Of a DNA stretch of 64,000 bases, positions 32,736-44,622 are shown in pieces. The notes under the pieces were generated by a model. It was not told the origin of the DNA. It did no database searches and was given only the letters and a program-made list of their open reading frames with translations. This DNA comes from Thraustochytrium aureum (lineage: Eukaryota): the NCBI GenBank assembly GCA_012862495.1, contig BLSG01000154.1, positions 16,261-80,260 of the forward strand, read 5' to 3'. How positions within the stretch are numbered: position 1 is the stretch's first letter; every line of letters begins with the position of its first letter. The translations under genes and the position numbers were made by a program.

Positions 32736-33653
32736 AGGCAGTCCAATTGCGAGTCTGTCTGGTTGTACGAAGAACCGAGCGGCGCTCAATGAGGCACCTC
32801 ACAAACCAACCAACAAACCGCGAAAAAGGAGGAAGGAACGGCGTTCCCTCCAGGGGATCGCAAACAAAAACAAAAACAAACGAAAAACAAGTAGACTCTT
32901 GAAAAGGGAACGCCGTTCCCTCTTGGGATCGCCCTATCGTCGGAGAAAAAATAAAAAGGGAATGAAGGAAAAATGAAGGAGAAATGAAGGAAATGAAAAT
33001 GAAAGGGAAGGCTGAGAGCTGAACTTGCCAGCTGCAGAGACGACTCCGCGCTGGGCGCAGCAGTAGAGCGGGCGGGCGTGGGTGGGTGGGTCGGTCCTGC
33101 GGGGCAGCCGGGCATGCTCTGGAGGTAGCTCTACTACTCGCTCGCACTGGCAACTTGTGTTTCGCGTTGGAGCGCCGTCCGACGGTGGCCTGATGAACGC
33201 CGCGAGTACGAGTGCTGAGTACTCCACTCACTCACGAGACTCGCTCTCCATCATGATGCTCGCTTGGCCTCGTTGCCTTGAGCTCCTCTCGGTTGCTGCC
33301 GCGCTGAACAAACGCCGGTCACAGGCAGGGGGAGGTGACGTGGGGCGACGAGGAAGCGTAGATCACCTGGAGGGCTGTGTCACGCCAGAATGTCCGACGC
33401 GCGCGGCCATCGCGCGGTTGGATGACCGCCTCAACGGGGCTGGGACGAGCGCCCGTCTGGCTGGCCATCTGTGGGGCACCGGTCGCTAGATACACACACA
33501 AAACCTTGCAACGGCTCAGGTCCCGCCCGATACGTCTGACTCGATCGAGCTCCAGCACGTGAGAAACAAATGTACCCAGAGCCGGCCACCCGCCCGCGCT
33601 CGATTTCCGAACGCGAGGGGGTTGTCCGGTGGCGAGCATCCGTGCCATGCAAG

Positions 33654-34796
33654 TCAGTCCAACTCCCAGACCCCATTGCCTTGCGACCCACTCGAAGACG
33701 GCTGGCCTTGCAGGCTCTCCTGCTGCACGCCTGCTTCATCCGAAGGAGGAATTCGTGGAGCGCTGTCTTGCACAAGAGAAACGCCGCCCGTCGCGATCTC
33801 GTCCGGCTTGAGCGTCGCGTCTTGGACAGTGAACCCCTTGAGGTCCGAAGCAAAGCGCTGCAGGAGCTTGGTGCAAATACCAAGCCGCTCGGGCGAGCTG
33901 GCCCGCTTCTGCCACGTCCCCTGGAATCCGTACAAGAACGAGTTGCCGCACGACCAAGACTTGGCCTTGGGGTTCGCAGGGTCCTCGCAAGCCGTCAGCG
34001 CCATGTGGAAAGGGTTTTCCTGAGGCGGCAGCCAGAAGCGCGGGGCAACAAGGCTGCGCAGCACAGTGAGCTCCCCGCGCAAGTCGGAATAGTCGTTCGC
34101 CTGCGTGAACACGCAGGGCAGGCCCGACGCCGCGATGAACTCGAGGTCTTTGATCCAGCTCTCAAGGAGCTCCTGGCTGCCAGACCCGAATCCAGGGTTG
34201 TACCCGATCAGAGCGGTCTGGCGACCGCCCTCGCGCGCGCCGCTCCGCGTGAGCTCCGGGTGCGCCAGTAAGAAGGAGAGCGCGGTTCCGCGAAACAGTG
34301 ACTCGTCCCTCTCGTGCGGCGAGCCGCTCTCGCCCGGGGCGGTTAGCTCGGGCCCTACAAACCAGATCTTCACCTTGACGTGCGGTGCGTAGAACCGCGC
34401 AATCTCGTCCCAGTACGCCGTCTCGCGCAGCAGGCGCACTTCGGCCTTGTACGTTGCCCCTAAAACGACCAAGTCCAGTCTGCTGACGCCGCAGCTGCCG
34501 AGCCTCCGGGGCCCCAGCCCGGCCTTGTCAAGCGCAAACATCGCCGTCGCAGGGAACGACAGTCCGTCAATCACCGCAAGGTCCTGCTGGCACTTTCGCA
34601 CAGCCTGCTGCCCGCCGAGCCGCGCGGCGAGGAACGCGGCCCAGCCCAGCCGCAGCTCGACGACCGGGTCGTCCACCGCACATGGTGCATCCTTGGTGCC
34701 GCAGAGCTCCTCGAGCGCCGGGAAGCGCTTGTCGGGACGCCAGCGTAGCGTGCCGACGCACGCGTGCAAGTCCAGCTCGGCGTCCTCGGCGATCAT
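33654..34796 (-). CDS. MSS51/ZMYND15-like C-terminal domain protein
   Basis: VVLGAT..AE, IWFVGPEL, GYNPGFG...ESW, PCVFT and ENPF motif order is typical of the MSS51_C family. No MYND finger seen. Confidence 0.65.
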   Translation of the reverse strand: MIAEDAELDLHACVGTLRWRPDKRFPALEELCGTKDAPCAVDDPVVELRLGWAAFLAARLGGQQAVRKCQQDLAVIDGLSFPATAMFALDKAGLGPRRLGSCGVSRLDLVVLGATYKAEVRLLRETAYWDEIARFYAPHVKVKIWFVGPELTAPGESGSPHERDESLFRGTALSFLLAHPELTRSGAREGGRQTALIGYNPGFGSGSQELLESWIKDLEFIAASGLPCVFTQANDYSDLRGELTVLRSLVAPRFWLPPQENPFHMALTACEDPANPKAKSWSCGNSFLYGFQGTWQKRASSPERLGICTKLLQRFASDLKGFTVQDATLKPDEIATGGVSLVQDSAPRIPPSDEAGVQQESLQGQPSSSGSQGNGVWELD

Positions 34797-35536
34797 CCCT
34801 CGCGAAGCGTCAATTCTGAACTGCTCAGCTCTGCCCCGCTCGGCTCCGCTCTGCTCTGCTCTGCTCTGCTCTGCTCGCGCTGCCCAAATTCCGTCCCACG
34901 AGTGGGTTGGGCTGCTATTCAATCGATTATCTCTCCGCAGCGTCGGGCGGTTAATTTCACCCTATGAGCGGAGAAACGCGGTGTGCACCTAATGCGTGAG
35001 ATGCTGCGCCGTTCTGCGATGCGCGGCAAATCGATTATGTATTCCAGGATACGTGCGGGCTGAGGCGATTAAATATGGGAAACGGAATTCTATGGAATAG
35101 AGTTGGGCGCCTTTGTTTGGGTGGTGCGCGAATTGACGCGCAGATGGAAGAATCGCAGGCGAGGCAGTCACCGTGCACGGGAAGGAAGCCTGCGAGGACA
35201 CGGACGGAGCTGCTCTCTTGGCACGCGGGCATTCTTTCGGGCCCGGTCCTCCTGGCGCGCTATCCTTCTTCCAAGCACGGTCTTCCTGGCACGCGGGCCT
35301 CGTTTGCTTTTGGGCACGGCCTTTCTTGCACGCAAGCGCGGTCGTCGTGCTCTCCGGGCACAGACTTCCTGGTGCCGGGCCCGGTGTTCCTGGCACGCAA
35401 AACGTCTTCCGGGCAACGTGTTCCTGGCGCAGACTCGTCGTGGTTGTTGGGCGTTTGCCTTTGTTGACGCTGCGGCCTTGAGCTCGCGCAACCCTCCTAC
35501 GCTTGCCTGCCCCAGCGCAGCGCGGCCGACGCGGAG

Positions 35537-36391
35537 ATGGTGGTCAAGCGGCTAGCGCCCGGCGAGGCGGACGAGCTGCTCGGTGCCAGCAGCAGCAGCA
35601 GCAGCAGCAAGGCTCAGAAGGGAAAGCGGAGCCGCGAGGAGGACGGCGCCCCCGCCGACAAGGCCAAGCCCAAGAAAAAGCAGCGCAGCAAGAGCAAGAA
35701 AGGCGGCGACGGCCCAGAAGCGACAAACAGTGGCAGCAGCGCCAGCGCTCCTGGCAAGGAAACGAAGAGCAAGAAAGCGAACAAGAAAAACGCGTCCGGC
35801 AAGCCGAAAAAGAAGGGAGCGCGGGATGATGCGCCTGCCATGGCGGACGGGCTTTTGCAGTGGTTCGGCCACTTTTACGAGCGCGACGGCGCCAAACTGT
35901 CAAAAATCGAGCTCTTTCCGGGCGGCAGCACCTTTGGGCAGGACGACTTTGTCACAGACTCCTCGGGGAGCTACTCGATGGACGAGATCAAGCGCCTGCT
36001 CAAGCGGCGGCGCGGTCTAGTCATCAGCCCCGGCGCGCTGCGCGCATGCGAGCTGCTAAAGCCCCTTGCCGTTCTCAAGCGCCCGTTCGCCAAGCTGTTC
36101 GCCAAGCACATGAAGCTCGAGGAGCAGGCTGCCTTCCTGACCAAGCGCGACCCCGACCTCGGCATCGGAACACCGAACCGACTCTTGCGACTCGCCGAGA
36201 ACGGCGCGCTCGACGCCTTTCTCTCTGACAAAGAGGGGCTCATCGTGTTTGATGTACAACCTGACATCAAGGCCTACACGTTGCTCACGATGCCATCCGT
36301 AAAGGAGGACTGTTTTCGCCTCATTCGGGAGCACTGGCTGCCCCGGCCTGTGGGCCAGCGTCCCCGGCTCGCATTCCTTCTGCACGCCTGA
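35537..36391 (+). CDS. CMSS1: CMS1/CMSS1 ribosome biogenesis protein
   Basis: Lys-rich N-terminus, ALRACEL, KLFAKHMKLEEQ, IGTPNRL. Confidence 0.88.
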   Translation: MVVKRLAPGEADELLGASSSSSSSKAQKGKRSREEDGAPADKAKPKKKQRSKSKKGGDGPEATNSGSSASAPGKETKSKKANKKNASGKPKKKGARDDAPAMADGLLQWFGHFYERDGAKLSKIELFPGGSTFGQDDFVTDSSGSYSMDEIKRLLKRRRGLVISPGALRACELLKPLAVLKRPFAKLFAKHMKLEEQAAFLTKRDPDLGIGTPNRLLRLAENGALDAFLSDKEGLIVFDVQPDIKAYTLLTMPSVKEDCFRLIREHWLPRPVGQRPRLAFLLHA

Positions 36392-37303
36392 CGCGATGGG
36401 GTCNNNNNNNNNNNNNNNNNNNNNNNNNNNNNNNNNNNNNNNNNNNNNNNNNNNNNNNNNNNNNNNNNNNNNNNNNNNNNNNNNNNNNNNNNNNNNNNNN
36501 NNNNNNNNNNNNNNNNNNNNNNNNNNNNNNNNNNNNNNNNNNNNCCCGGCTCGCATTCCTTCTGCACGCCTGACGCGATGGGGTCCGATCTGCTCGTGGC
36601 TGCAAGCAAGCCCATTCGCCCAAGGATCTGCTGGAGATCGGTCCGGCGGGGGGCTTTTGTAGCACAGCGAAACGGTGTCGGCTTGCCCTGCGCTGCTGCG
36701 GGGGGCGCCAGCTCGGCTACCCGCCACATCCACAAAAGAAAAACGCAACTTGCACAACCTTTGTCGAAACAACCGTTGTCGAAACACCCGCTGTCGAAAT
36801 CGACGCGCATTTGGCGTTTGCGGACAAGCGCAGTTCACACGTTCCAACGATTTCCCCAACGCAGCCGGTAGCCGCGGTTGCCAGCACCTCGACGAGCTCG
36901 ACGAGGGGCTTGATTCGTGGGCCCTTCCTTGTTGAGAAAAAAAAAATCGACCGCGCCCTTCGAGGCCGAATCATCCTTGTGGACAGCGCCGCGCCGTGCA
37001 TCGCGTCCCCGATCGGCGTGTCCGTCTCCATCAGTCATGGGTTAGGTCACGGTGGCCACATGAATCAATCAGAGTTGCAGTTTCGAAGCGAATCTTACAC
37101 CTTGGCCACCTAGAGGGATAGGGCACTTTATGAAACTGTATGGAAATACGCCCACGTTTTTGGTAAAGCGCTTTCGCCATTGGAGTTGACCATGCAACTG
37201 CGCCAAGCAGACCCGAGACGCCGCCCAGCACAAAGCGCGCCGCAGGTAGCCAGAGACGTGACGCTGCTTGGCCTTCGCGCGCGCGGGAAGAGGATCGCAA
37301 GAC

Positions 37304-37966
37304 ATGGAGGTGCTCCAGACTAACCTGCCCGCGCCGGCCTGGGCCTGGTCGGTTGGCACCGTGGTGGCCTACTTGGGCTTGTACACGGCGTACGACAAGA
37401 AGACCAAGTCGCTCGGCGCTGGCGGGCTGCTGGACGTGCTGGCCGTGCGGCAAGGCGTGGACCACACGCTCGTCCAGATGAACAAGGTGATCAGCCTCGC
37501 GGGCATCACCACGTTGAGTCTAGCGCTGGCGCCCCGCGCCGAGCTGGTCGTCTCGAGCACCACGGAGCTGTTTGACATCTCCAAGTACATGCTGCTCACG
37601 CACGCCGCCTACTCGGTGTACAAGTACTACGGTTCCCCCAACATCCCGTCCATTGCCGACTTTGCCTCAATGCCTGCGAACTTTACCTCGACCTCCTCCA
37701 AGGACCAGCTCGCGTTCAAGCGCAAGCTCTCGGTTCTCCTGGGCATCTCTGGCGCGACCATGCTCGAGCTCATGTGGTTTGGCGTTCTCGACGTTACGCC
37801 AGTTACGTCCGTCTCTGCGCTGACCCTCGGTGTCACTCACTTTTACTTTATGGAGCTCGACTTTAAGAACCAGCTGCAGGTCCGCCCGTTCGGGTACCTC
37901 GGGTTCGTCGCGCCAGTGGCAGCCATTGCTGCTGCCGCTGCGGTCCTTGCCAAGGCCAGCTTCTAG
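37304..37966 (+). CDS. hypothetical multi-pass membrane protein
   Basis: Strong codon bias and about 6 hydrophobic segments. Confidence 0.75.
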   Translation: MEVLQTNLPAPAWAWSVGTVVAYLGLYTAYDKKTKSLGAGGLLDVLAVRQGVDHTLVQMNKVISLAGITTLSLALAPRAELVVSSTTELFDISKYMLLTHAAYSVYKYYGSPNIPSIADFASMPANFTSTSSKDQLAFKRKLSVLLGISGATMLELMWFGVLDVTPVTSVSALTLGVTHFYFMELDFKNQLQVRPFGYLGFVAPVAAIAAAAAVLAKASF

Positions 37967-39001
37967 CTAGCTAGAGAGGAGTGGTAGCTTCTTCTCGAGA
38001 GGTCGAGGGCGGGCTGTTTTCCGTCACCATGCAAAAGGGGCAGCGCGCAGCATCGCGCGCAGCACAACTAGTCTGCACGCACAATGCCAGCGGCCCGCAC
38101 GATCAATAGCTCCCGCGCGAGGCCAGGAAGCCTCTCGGACTCCGTTCTCTGCTGCTGGAGCGTCAGCGGCCAAAGGATGATCCTGACCCAAGAGATAGTT
38201 AGAACGCGCGCGCCCACAAACCACAGTCACGTCTCTCAACGCCGTGCGCCTCGTCGCGAGCCCGAGCGCAAGCCCGAGCCCGAGCCCGAGTGCGTTGGCT
38301 GAAACCTCAAGTTTACCTTGAAACCAACCTGTCTTGGTCAGGCACCCCGCGCCACGTCGCGTCAACGGAAAACCTCTCGCTCGCATCCTTCCAAAGCCGC
38401 TCGCGAGCGCGCGATATGCGAGGCGCGCGCGCCTGTCGCCTCGCGAGCCGCGCNNNNNNNNNNNNNNNNNNNNNNNNNNNNNNNNNNNNNNNNNNNNNNN
38501 NNNNNNNNNNNNNNNNNNNNNNNNNNNNNNNNNNNNNNNNNNNNNNNNNNNNNNNNNNNNNNNNNNNNNNNNNNNNNNNNNNNNNNNNNNNNNNNNNNNN
38601 NNNNNNNNNNNNNNNNNNNNNNNNNNNNNNNNNNNNNNNNNNNNNNNNNNNNNNNNNNNNNNNNNNNNNNNNNNNNNNNNNNNNNNNNNNNNNNNNNNNN
38701 NNNNNNNNNNNNNNNNNNNNNNNNNNNNNNNNNNNNNNNNNNNNNNNNNNNNNNNNNNNNNNNNNNNNNNNNNNNNNNNNNNNNNNNNNNNNNNNNNNNN
38801 NNNNNNNNNNNNNNNNNNNNNNNNNNNNNNNNNNNNNNNNNNNNNNNNNNNNNNNNNNNNNNNNNNNNNNNNNNNNNNNNNNNNNNNNNNNNNNNNNNNN
38901 NNNNNNNNNNNNNNNNNNNNNNNNNNNNNNNNNNNNNNNNNNNNNNNNNNNNNNNNNNNNNNNNNNNNNNNNNNNNNNNNNNNNNNNNNNNNNNNNNNNN
39001 N

Positions 39002-39687
39002 CCGGCGTCTCATTCCCGCGCGGAGCCGGGGGCGCGCCAGCTCACGTCGCTGTGTCGGCGTCCCTCGCAAGATGCACGACTCTTATAGACTGTGGCACAG
39101 GGCAGCAGATCGCGCTCTTCTCTCATGTGCTCCCGCCAACTGCACTGTGCCACATAGACCCAAACACGATCGTCGTCTCCGAGTGGGGCGCGCTCTCGCT
39201 GTGGGATGCGCGCGCCCCGGGGGCTCAGCGGCTTGCCAACCGCGTCGTGCCAGACCGTATGCCGATGTATGGGATGGACTGCCAGGACGGCGTCTTGGCG
39301 GTCGTCGGGCAGTCCCGCTCGATCTCAATATTTGACGTCAAGTCCTGGCGGCTGCGCCGGTCCTGGAAGGCGCCGGTTAAATGCGACGCTGTTGGCATCA
39401 AGCTTTCTGCCGATCGTTGTTTTGTCGTCGGCCTCGACCACGAGCTCGTCGCGCAGTCGCAGGCGGCACCGGCCAAGCCGTCCAAGACTCCCGCCGGCGC
39501 TGACAAGCGCGAAACGCCACAGTCGCTCCCTGTGGGCTCCATGCTGCACCAGAACCATCGGATGTTCCGAAGCGAGTCTGCATGGGCAGGCGTAGACGTT
39601 GCGCCCACTGTCTGCGTGCTTGGCCAGACGGTCAACCCGTTCGTCGGCCTCGCATCTTGCGGCGTCTTGTATGCCGGCTACCTCTGA
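39002..39687 (+). CDS. WD40-repeat protein, C-terminal part (5' part in gap 38454-39001)
   Basis: LSLWDAR and ISIFDVKSW WD-like strand ends. Confidence 0.6.
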
Positions 39688-40200
39688 CGAGACGCAGGCC
39701 GCGCAAGCGCCGTCGTCACGAAGCAGCGCGGCCACGAACCGGCGCCTGGCCCGCTCCCACGGGCTCACGAATGGCTGGGACCGTCCTTCCGCCGTGACTA
39801 CCCAACTCGCCCGACGATGAAGGATGGCCGACGCGGCATTTGCAGCCTCCTTCCTTTCTCTCTTGATCAAGATATCGAGAGACCGAGGACGGCGCGCTCG
39901 GGCTCACGACACGCCGCCAAGCGCGAAACGAATCGATCGATCGATCGATCGATCATGGCGCTCGCCTCGAGGCGTTACCTACCTACCGCGCGAACGAAAA
40001 AGCCAAACCAAACCAAACCATTGCGTAACAAAAATGGCCCTATCGCGAGCTCCTCCATCGTGAGTTGTTGTTGTCCTTGTCCCCAACGCGGAAGACAATC
40101 GGCAGCGGCACAGGCGAAGCAAGTACCCTACTCTCTGCCTGCTTGTCGAGCTCGAGACGCCAGCGAGCGGGCACGGGCAGCAGGGTTGACAGATACGAGG

Positions 40201-40641
40201 ATGACAGTCTTCCACGACCCGCCCGAGACTGGCGCGTCCACGGCAACCTCGTCGAGGTCCACTTCGGGTCAAGCAGGTGCGGTCTCTGGCGTCCAGGTCG
40301 CCTCGCCCGGAAGCGACGGGCTGGCTGATGCTCAAACGTCGGCGGATGCGCAGCACGCTGGCATGCTACAGGCATGCGTGGCGGGCCTCGGCGCGGCTGA
40401 GGCCAAGGTTGACAGGGCACTCGGTGAGGCGGCTGCGAGTGTCAAGCGCGACGTGGTGCTCTTTGAGCAAGAGCTGGAGCGCGGCTTTGCTTCCGTGAAA
40501 GAAGCTATCGGGGCGGGCGGCGCGCAGGCCGAACCGATGCGCTTTGATGCGGCCGACCAGGAGACGGCGACGAGGCAGTTCATGCGCGACGGGCCGGTAA
40601 CGGAGGCGCCGCAGACCGCCGCTGCCCCCACGCCGCAGTGA
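40201..40641 (+). CDS. small hypothetical protein
   Basis: ATG-initiated ORF with host-like codons and a short helical segment; no family recognised. Confidence 0.4.
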   Translation: MTVFHDPPETGASTATSSRSTSGQAGAVSGVQVASPGSDGLADAQTSADAQHAGMLQACVAGLGAAEAKVDRALGEAAASVKRDVVLFEQELERGFASVKEAIGAGGAQAEPMRFDAADQETATRQFMRDGPVTEAPQTAAAPTPQ

Positions 40642-41694
40642 CGACGAAAGCAGCAACCCCTGCAATAGTGACCGCACCAGCAGCGGGGCCGTTTTCCCTC
40701 GTCAGCAGCTGCATTTTAAAAGCAACAGCGAGCGACTGCATCCAGAGCAACAGCGACTGGCATTTATTATAAAAAAGCAACAACAGCAACTCCACCACCA
40801 ATGGCGGCAGCTGCGGCCAACTGCTACTCTATCAATAGCAACAACGACGCGCACTTGGACCAACGCACTGTTTTAATTAATGAGCTTGGGGCGTTGCTGA
40901 GCTTGGGGCGGGCAAGCGACGGGCAGAACCGCGGCGGATCTTCGATCTTCGCGCCGTGTTGTTGTCGAAAACCCGCCCCAGGCACACCAACCCGCACCAG
41001 CGACCGAGGCAGCGCAAGCCGGGCTCTGCTGAGTTGGACGTTATAAAATTAAACGCAAGCAGGAAGCAACGCGGGAGCGCGCAAGACCACGTCGCTCGTC
41101 GAGTCGCCGAAACGCCAAAACCCCAGGCTCCCTGGAAGCTCTCTCATGTACAGTAAGTAACAAGGAGAGTAAGTACTCCGCCTCACTCGAGGGCGCGGTG
41201 CTTCCGCACCTGCTTTGCGCGGACGACATGCACAGCGCCACGCCAGCCAACACGAGCGCCGCGCCACTTGCATCAAGCAGCCGGCTCGTTGGAGCCCCCG
41301 TGGACCTCGTCGGGGCCATGATGCTTGCCGTGCCGGCATCGGCAGCCTCTGACCGGCTCCAGGATGCTCTCGGCACCACAGCCGCGAGCGTCCTGGCAGC
41401 TCTTTGCTTGCGTTGAACGCAGCAAGTCAACGTCGGCATCGTCGACATCCTCGCGGCGTCGGACGATGTTTGCGGTCTTCGACGGTGTGCAATCTGCAAT
41501 CTATTGCGCCAGTGGTTGTTGCAGACCAGCCAGCAGCAGATACATCGGGCAGCGATCAGCCAGCGGCGAAGACGAAAGCTTGCTCGAGGTCTCTGTGCAC
41601 GAGGGTTTTGGGGGCCGTGGCGCGGTCCTTTGCGGTGACTTGGGTTGTTTTCGGCGACTCGGGCTGGGGGAACTTTTGTCTCGTCCTGTTCGAA

Positions 41695-42675
41695 ATGGGC
41701 CAATGTCGCACGGCCCTCGCGGCACTCGTTGCGCTGCTGGCTGTGCTTGTGCCAAGCTCGTTTTACCTGCCCGAGCTGGCCTTTGACGCGAAGGCTGTAC
41801 GCGGGGCGAGGGTCGTCGTCACTGGAGCGTCCGCTGGAATTGGGAGGGACATCGCGCGGAGCTATGCCAAGCTGGGCGCGCAGCTCGTCGTGGTGTCGCG
41901 CACGGAAGCCAAGCTGAAGGTGCTCGTGGGCGAGCTCAAAGGCCTCGGCGCGAGCGAGGCATTTTACGTAAGCGCCGACCTCTCGACGCAGGACGACGCC
42001 GTGCTGCAGGGCGTTGTGGAATCTGCGCTGGACAAGCTGGGCGGCAAGCTGGACACCCTGGTGCTCAACCACATCGCCACCGAGGGGATCTGGTTTCCGA
42101 ATGGCTGGCCGCCCTCCCACGACATGGGCCTCATGCGCATGATGTTTGATACCAACTTTTTCTCCTACGCCTCGCTGGCGCACCACGCGCTGCCTGCGCT
42201 CACCGCTTCACAAGGCCGCATTGCCGTGGTCTCGTCCGTGGCCGGGGCCGTGGGGCTACCTAAGGTGGCCCCGTACTCTGCTTCCAAGCACGCCGTGAAC
42301 GGTTATTTCGAGAGCCTCCGCGCGGACCTGCGCATAGCCAAGTCGCCGGTCTCCGTCACGCTGTGCACGATCGGGAGCATCGCTACAGAGTCTAATAGCG
42401 CCACGCTCAAGTCCTCTTCAGCGGGCTCGGCTGTGGCCGCGGCTCCTGTCGATGAGTGCGCGCGCGCTATCGTGATTGGGGCCGAGACGCGCCAACGCGA
42501 CGTCCACTACCCCGCTCTGCAAGTGTTTCCTTTTGTCAGCTCGCGGCCGCCGTGCCCTGGGCTGCGGATCGCATCCTGGACAGCGTGTTCGCTACCTAGG
42601 GTCCGTTCTCTTAGACTGCGCTATTTCTCGCGGGCTCGGCCTTTGCGACTGGTGGGTGAAACCCAAAATCATTGA
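41695..42675 (+). CDS. 11-beta-hydroxysteroid-dehydrogenase-like SDR (C-terminus possibly frameshifted)
   Basis: N-terminal hydrophobic anchor, TGASAGIG, LVLNHI, NFFSY, VSS, YSASK. Confidence 0.88.
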   Translation: MGQCRTALAALVALLAVLVPSSFYLPELAFDAKAVRGARVVVTGASAGIGRDIARSYAKLGAQLVVVSRTEAKLKVLVGELKGLGASEAFYVSADLSTQDDAVLQGVVESALDKLGGKLDTLVLNHIATEGIWFPNGWPPSHDMGLMRMMFDTNFFSYASLAHHALPALTASQGRIAVVSSVAGAVGLPKVAPYSASKHAVNGYFESLRADLRIAKSPVSVTLCTIGSIATESNSATLKSSSAGSAVAAAPVDECARAIVIGAETRQRDVHYPALQVFPFVSSRPPCPGLRIASWTACSLPRVRSLRLRYFSRARPLRLVGETQNH

Positions 42676-42761
42676 TGCCTTCTCCGATCCACTATCTACC
42701 CGACCAACCGGCTCTGGGGCAATTGCCGCAACGGTGGTTTGCTGAGAAGCGGGACCCAGCG

Positions 42762-43548
42762 CTACACGGCGCTTGCGAGGACCCTCGAGATGTCGGCCTG
42801 CTGGCCGCCCCCCGCCGGGAGACCGCAGTTCTCGCGCGTCTCGTTCTTGCTGGAAGCTTGGTCCACTGCTCGTCGCAGCCTGCGCTGCCTGAACGCGAAA
42901 GCGATGCGCGCGACTAGCGCAAAAATCACGACAACGATCGCAACTTGCGGCACAACCGGGAGCCCGCCGCCCTCGCCGCCGCTTCCGCTTCCCGGCCCGC
43001 CCACCGCTTCGATCGGAACATCCCCGAGCAAGAGCGACCATGTCGAGGCCTCGGTGCCATTCGCCTCAAACCCATGGCTGCTCAGCGCAGAGAGGCCAAG
43101 ACGAGCCGCGCCAATGCCCTTGGCGCTTCCAACTTCGGGGAGCAGCGCGATTTGCATGCTCTGAAGCGCTGCGTTCAGCGCGGTTCGAGGCCCGCTGATC
43201 CAAACGCGGCCGCTGCACCCCTGCTCGAGGCACGAGTCTGTCACCATCGCACCCTGCGGGCCGTCAACGCGGACAGCCAGGACATCACGAAGTTTTGCAG
43301 CGAACGGCACGGCCTTGGCCGTGAAGGGCCCAAACGAGACCGACTGGTTCAGGTCGATCCTCACGAGCCCAGCAACTCCCTCCCCGGTCACGGCCATATT
43401 TACGTGCATCGGGAAGCTCTCGCCATCTGGATGAGCTGCGAGCTGCACGGCTGTCCCGAGCGAGTGAAAGTCGCCGTCGCGCGGAATGAGTACCGACCCT
43501 GCTGCCTCGATCAAGACAAGAGCTGCAGCGGGCTGCTTCGGAACGCGC
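42762..43548 (-). CDS. single-pass membrane protein with beta-rich (cadherin/Ig-like) ectodomain, C-terminal part (5' in gap)
   Basis: ISGPRTALNAAL segment, Gly linker, TM VAIVVVIFALVARIAFAF, basic stop-transfer. Confidence 0.55.
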
Positions 43549-44622
43549 ANNNNNNNNNNNNNNNNNNNNNNNNNNNNNNNNNNNNNNNNNNNNNNNNNNN
43601 NNNNNNNNNNNNNNNNNNNNNNNNNNNNNNNNNNNNNNNNNNNNNNNNNNNNNNNNNNNNNNNNNNNNNNNNNNNNNNNNNNNNNNNNNNNNNNNNNNNN
43701 NNNNNNNNNNNNNNNNNNNNNNNNNNNNNNNNNNNNNNNNNNNNNNNNNNNNNNNNNNNNNNNNNNNNNNNNNNNNNNNNNNNNNNNNNNNNNNNNNNNN
43801 NNNNNNNNNNNNNNNNNNNNNNNNNNNNNNNNNNNNNNNNNNNNNNNNNNNNNNNNNNNNNNNNNNNNNNNNNNNNNNNNNNNNNNNNNNNNNNNNNNNN
43901 NNNNNNNNNNNNNNNNNNNNNNNNNNNNNNNNNNNNNNNNNNNNNNNNNNNNNNNNNNNNNNNNNNNNNNNNNNNNNNNNNNNNNNNNNNNNNNNNNNNN
44001 NNNNNNNNNNNNNNNNNNNNNNNNNNNNNNNNNNNNNNNNNNNNNNNNNNNNNNNNNNNNNNNNNNNNNNNNNNNNNNNNNNNNNNNNNNNNNNNNNNNN
44101 NNNNNNNNNNNNNNNNNNNNNNNNNNNNNNNNNNNNNNNNNNNNNNNNNNNNNNNNNNNNNNNNNNNNNNNNNNNNNNNNNNNNNNNNNNNNNNNNNNNN
44201 NNNNNNNNNNNNNNNNNNNNNNNNNNNNNNNNNNNNNNNNNNNNNNNNNNNNNNNNNNNNNNNNNNNNNNNNNNNNNNNNNNNNNNNNNNNNNNNNNNNN
44301 NNNNNNNNNNNNNNNNNNNNNNNNNNNNNNNNNNNNNNNNNNNNNNNNNNNNNNNNNNNNNNNNNNNNNNNNNNNNNNNNNNNNNNNNNNNNNNNNNNNN
44401 NNNNNNNNNNNNNNNNNNNNNNNNNNNNNNNNNNNNNNNNNNNNNNNNNNNNNNNNNNNNNNNNNNNNNNNNNNNNNNNNNNNNNNNNNNNNNNNNNNNN
44501 NNNNNNNNNNNNNNNNNNNNNNNNNNNNNNNNNNNNNNNNNNNNTTGGGGAAACGAGTAAAGTGTACAGGATGATCAAGGTCAGCGAGCCGACCTGGTCC
44601 AGGGCCGGAGACAACCCGCCAA

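Noticed and set aside
36363..36585. Duplicated CMSS1 3' end across a gap
   Set aside because: Same contig-overlap artefact.
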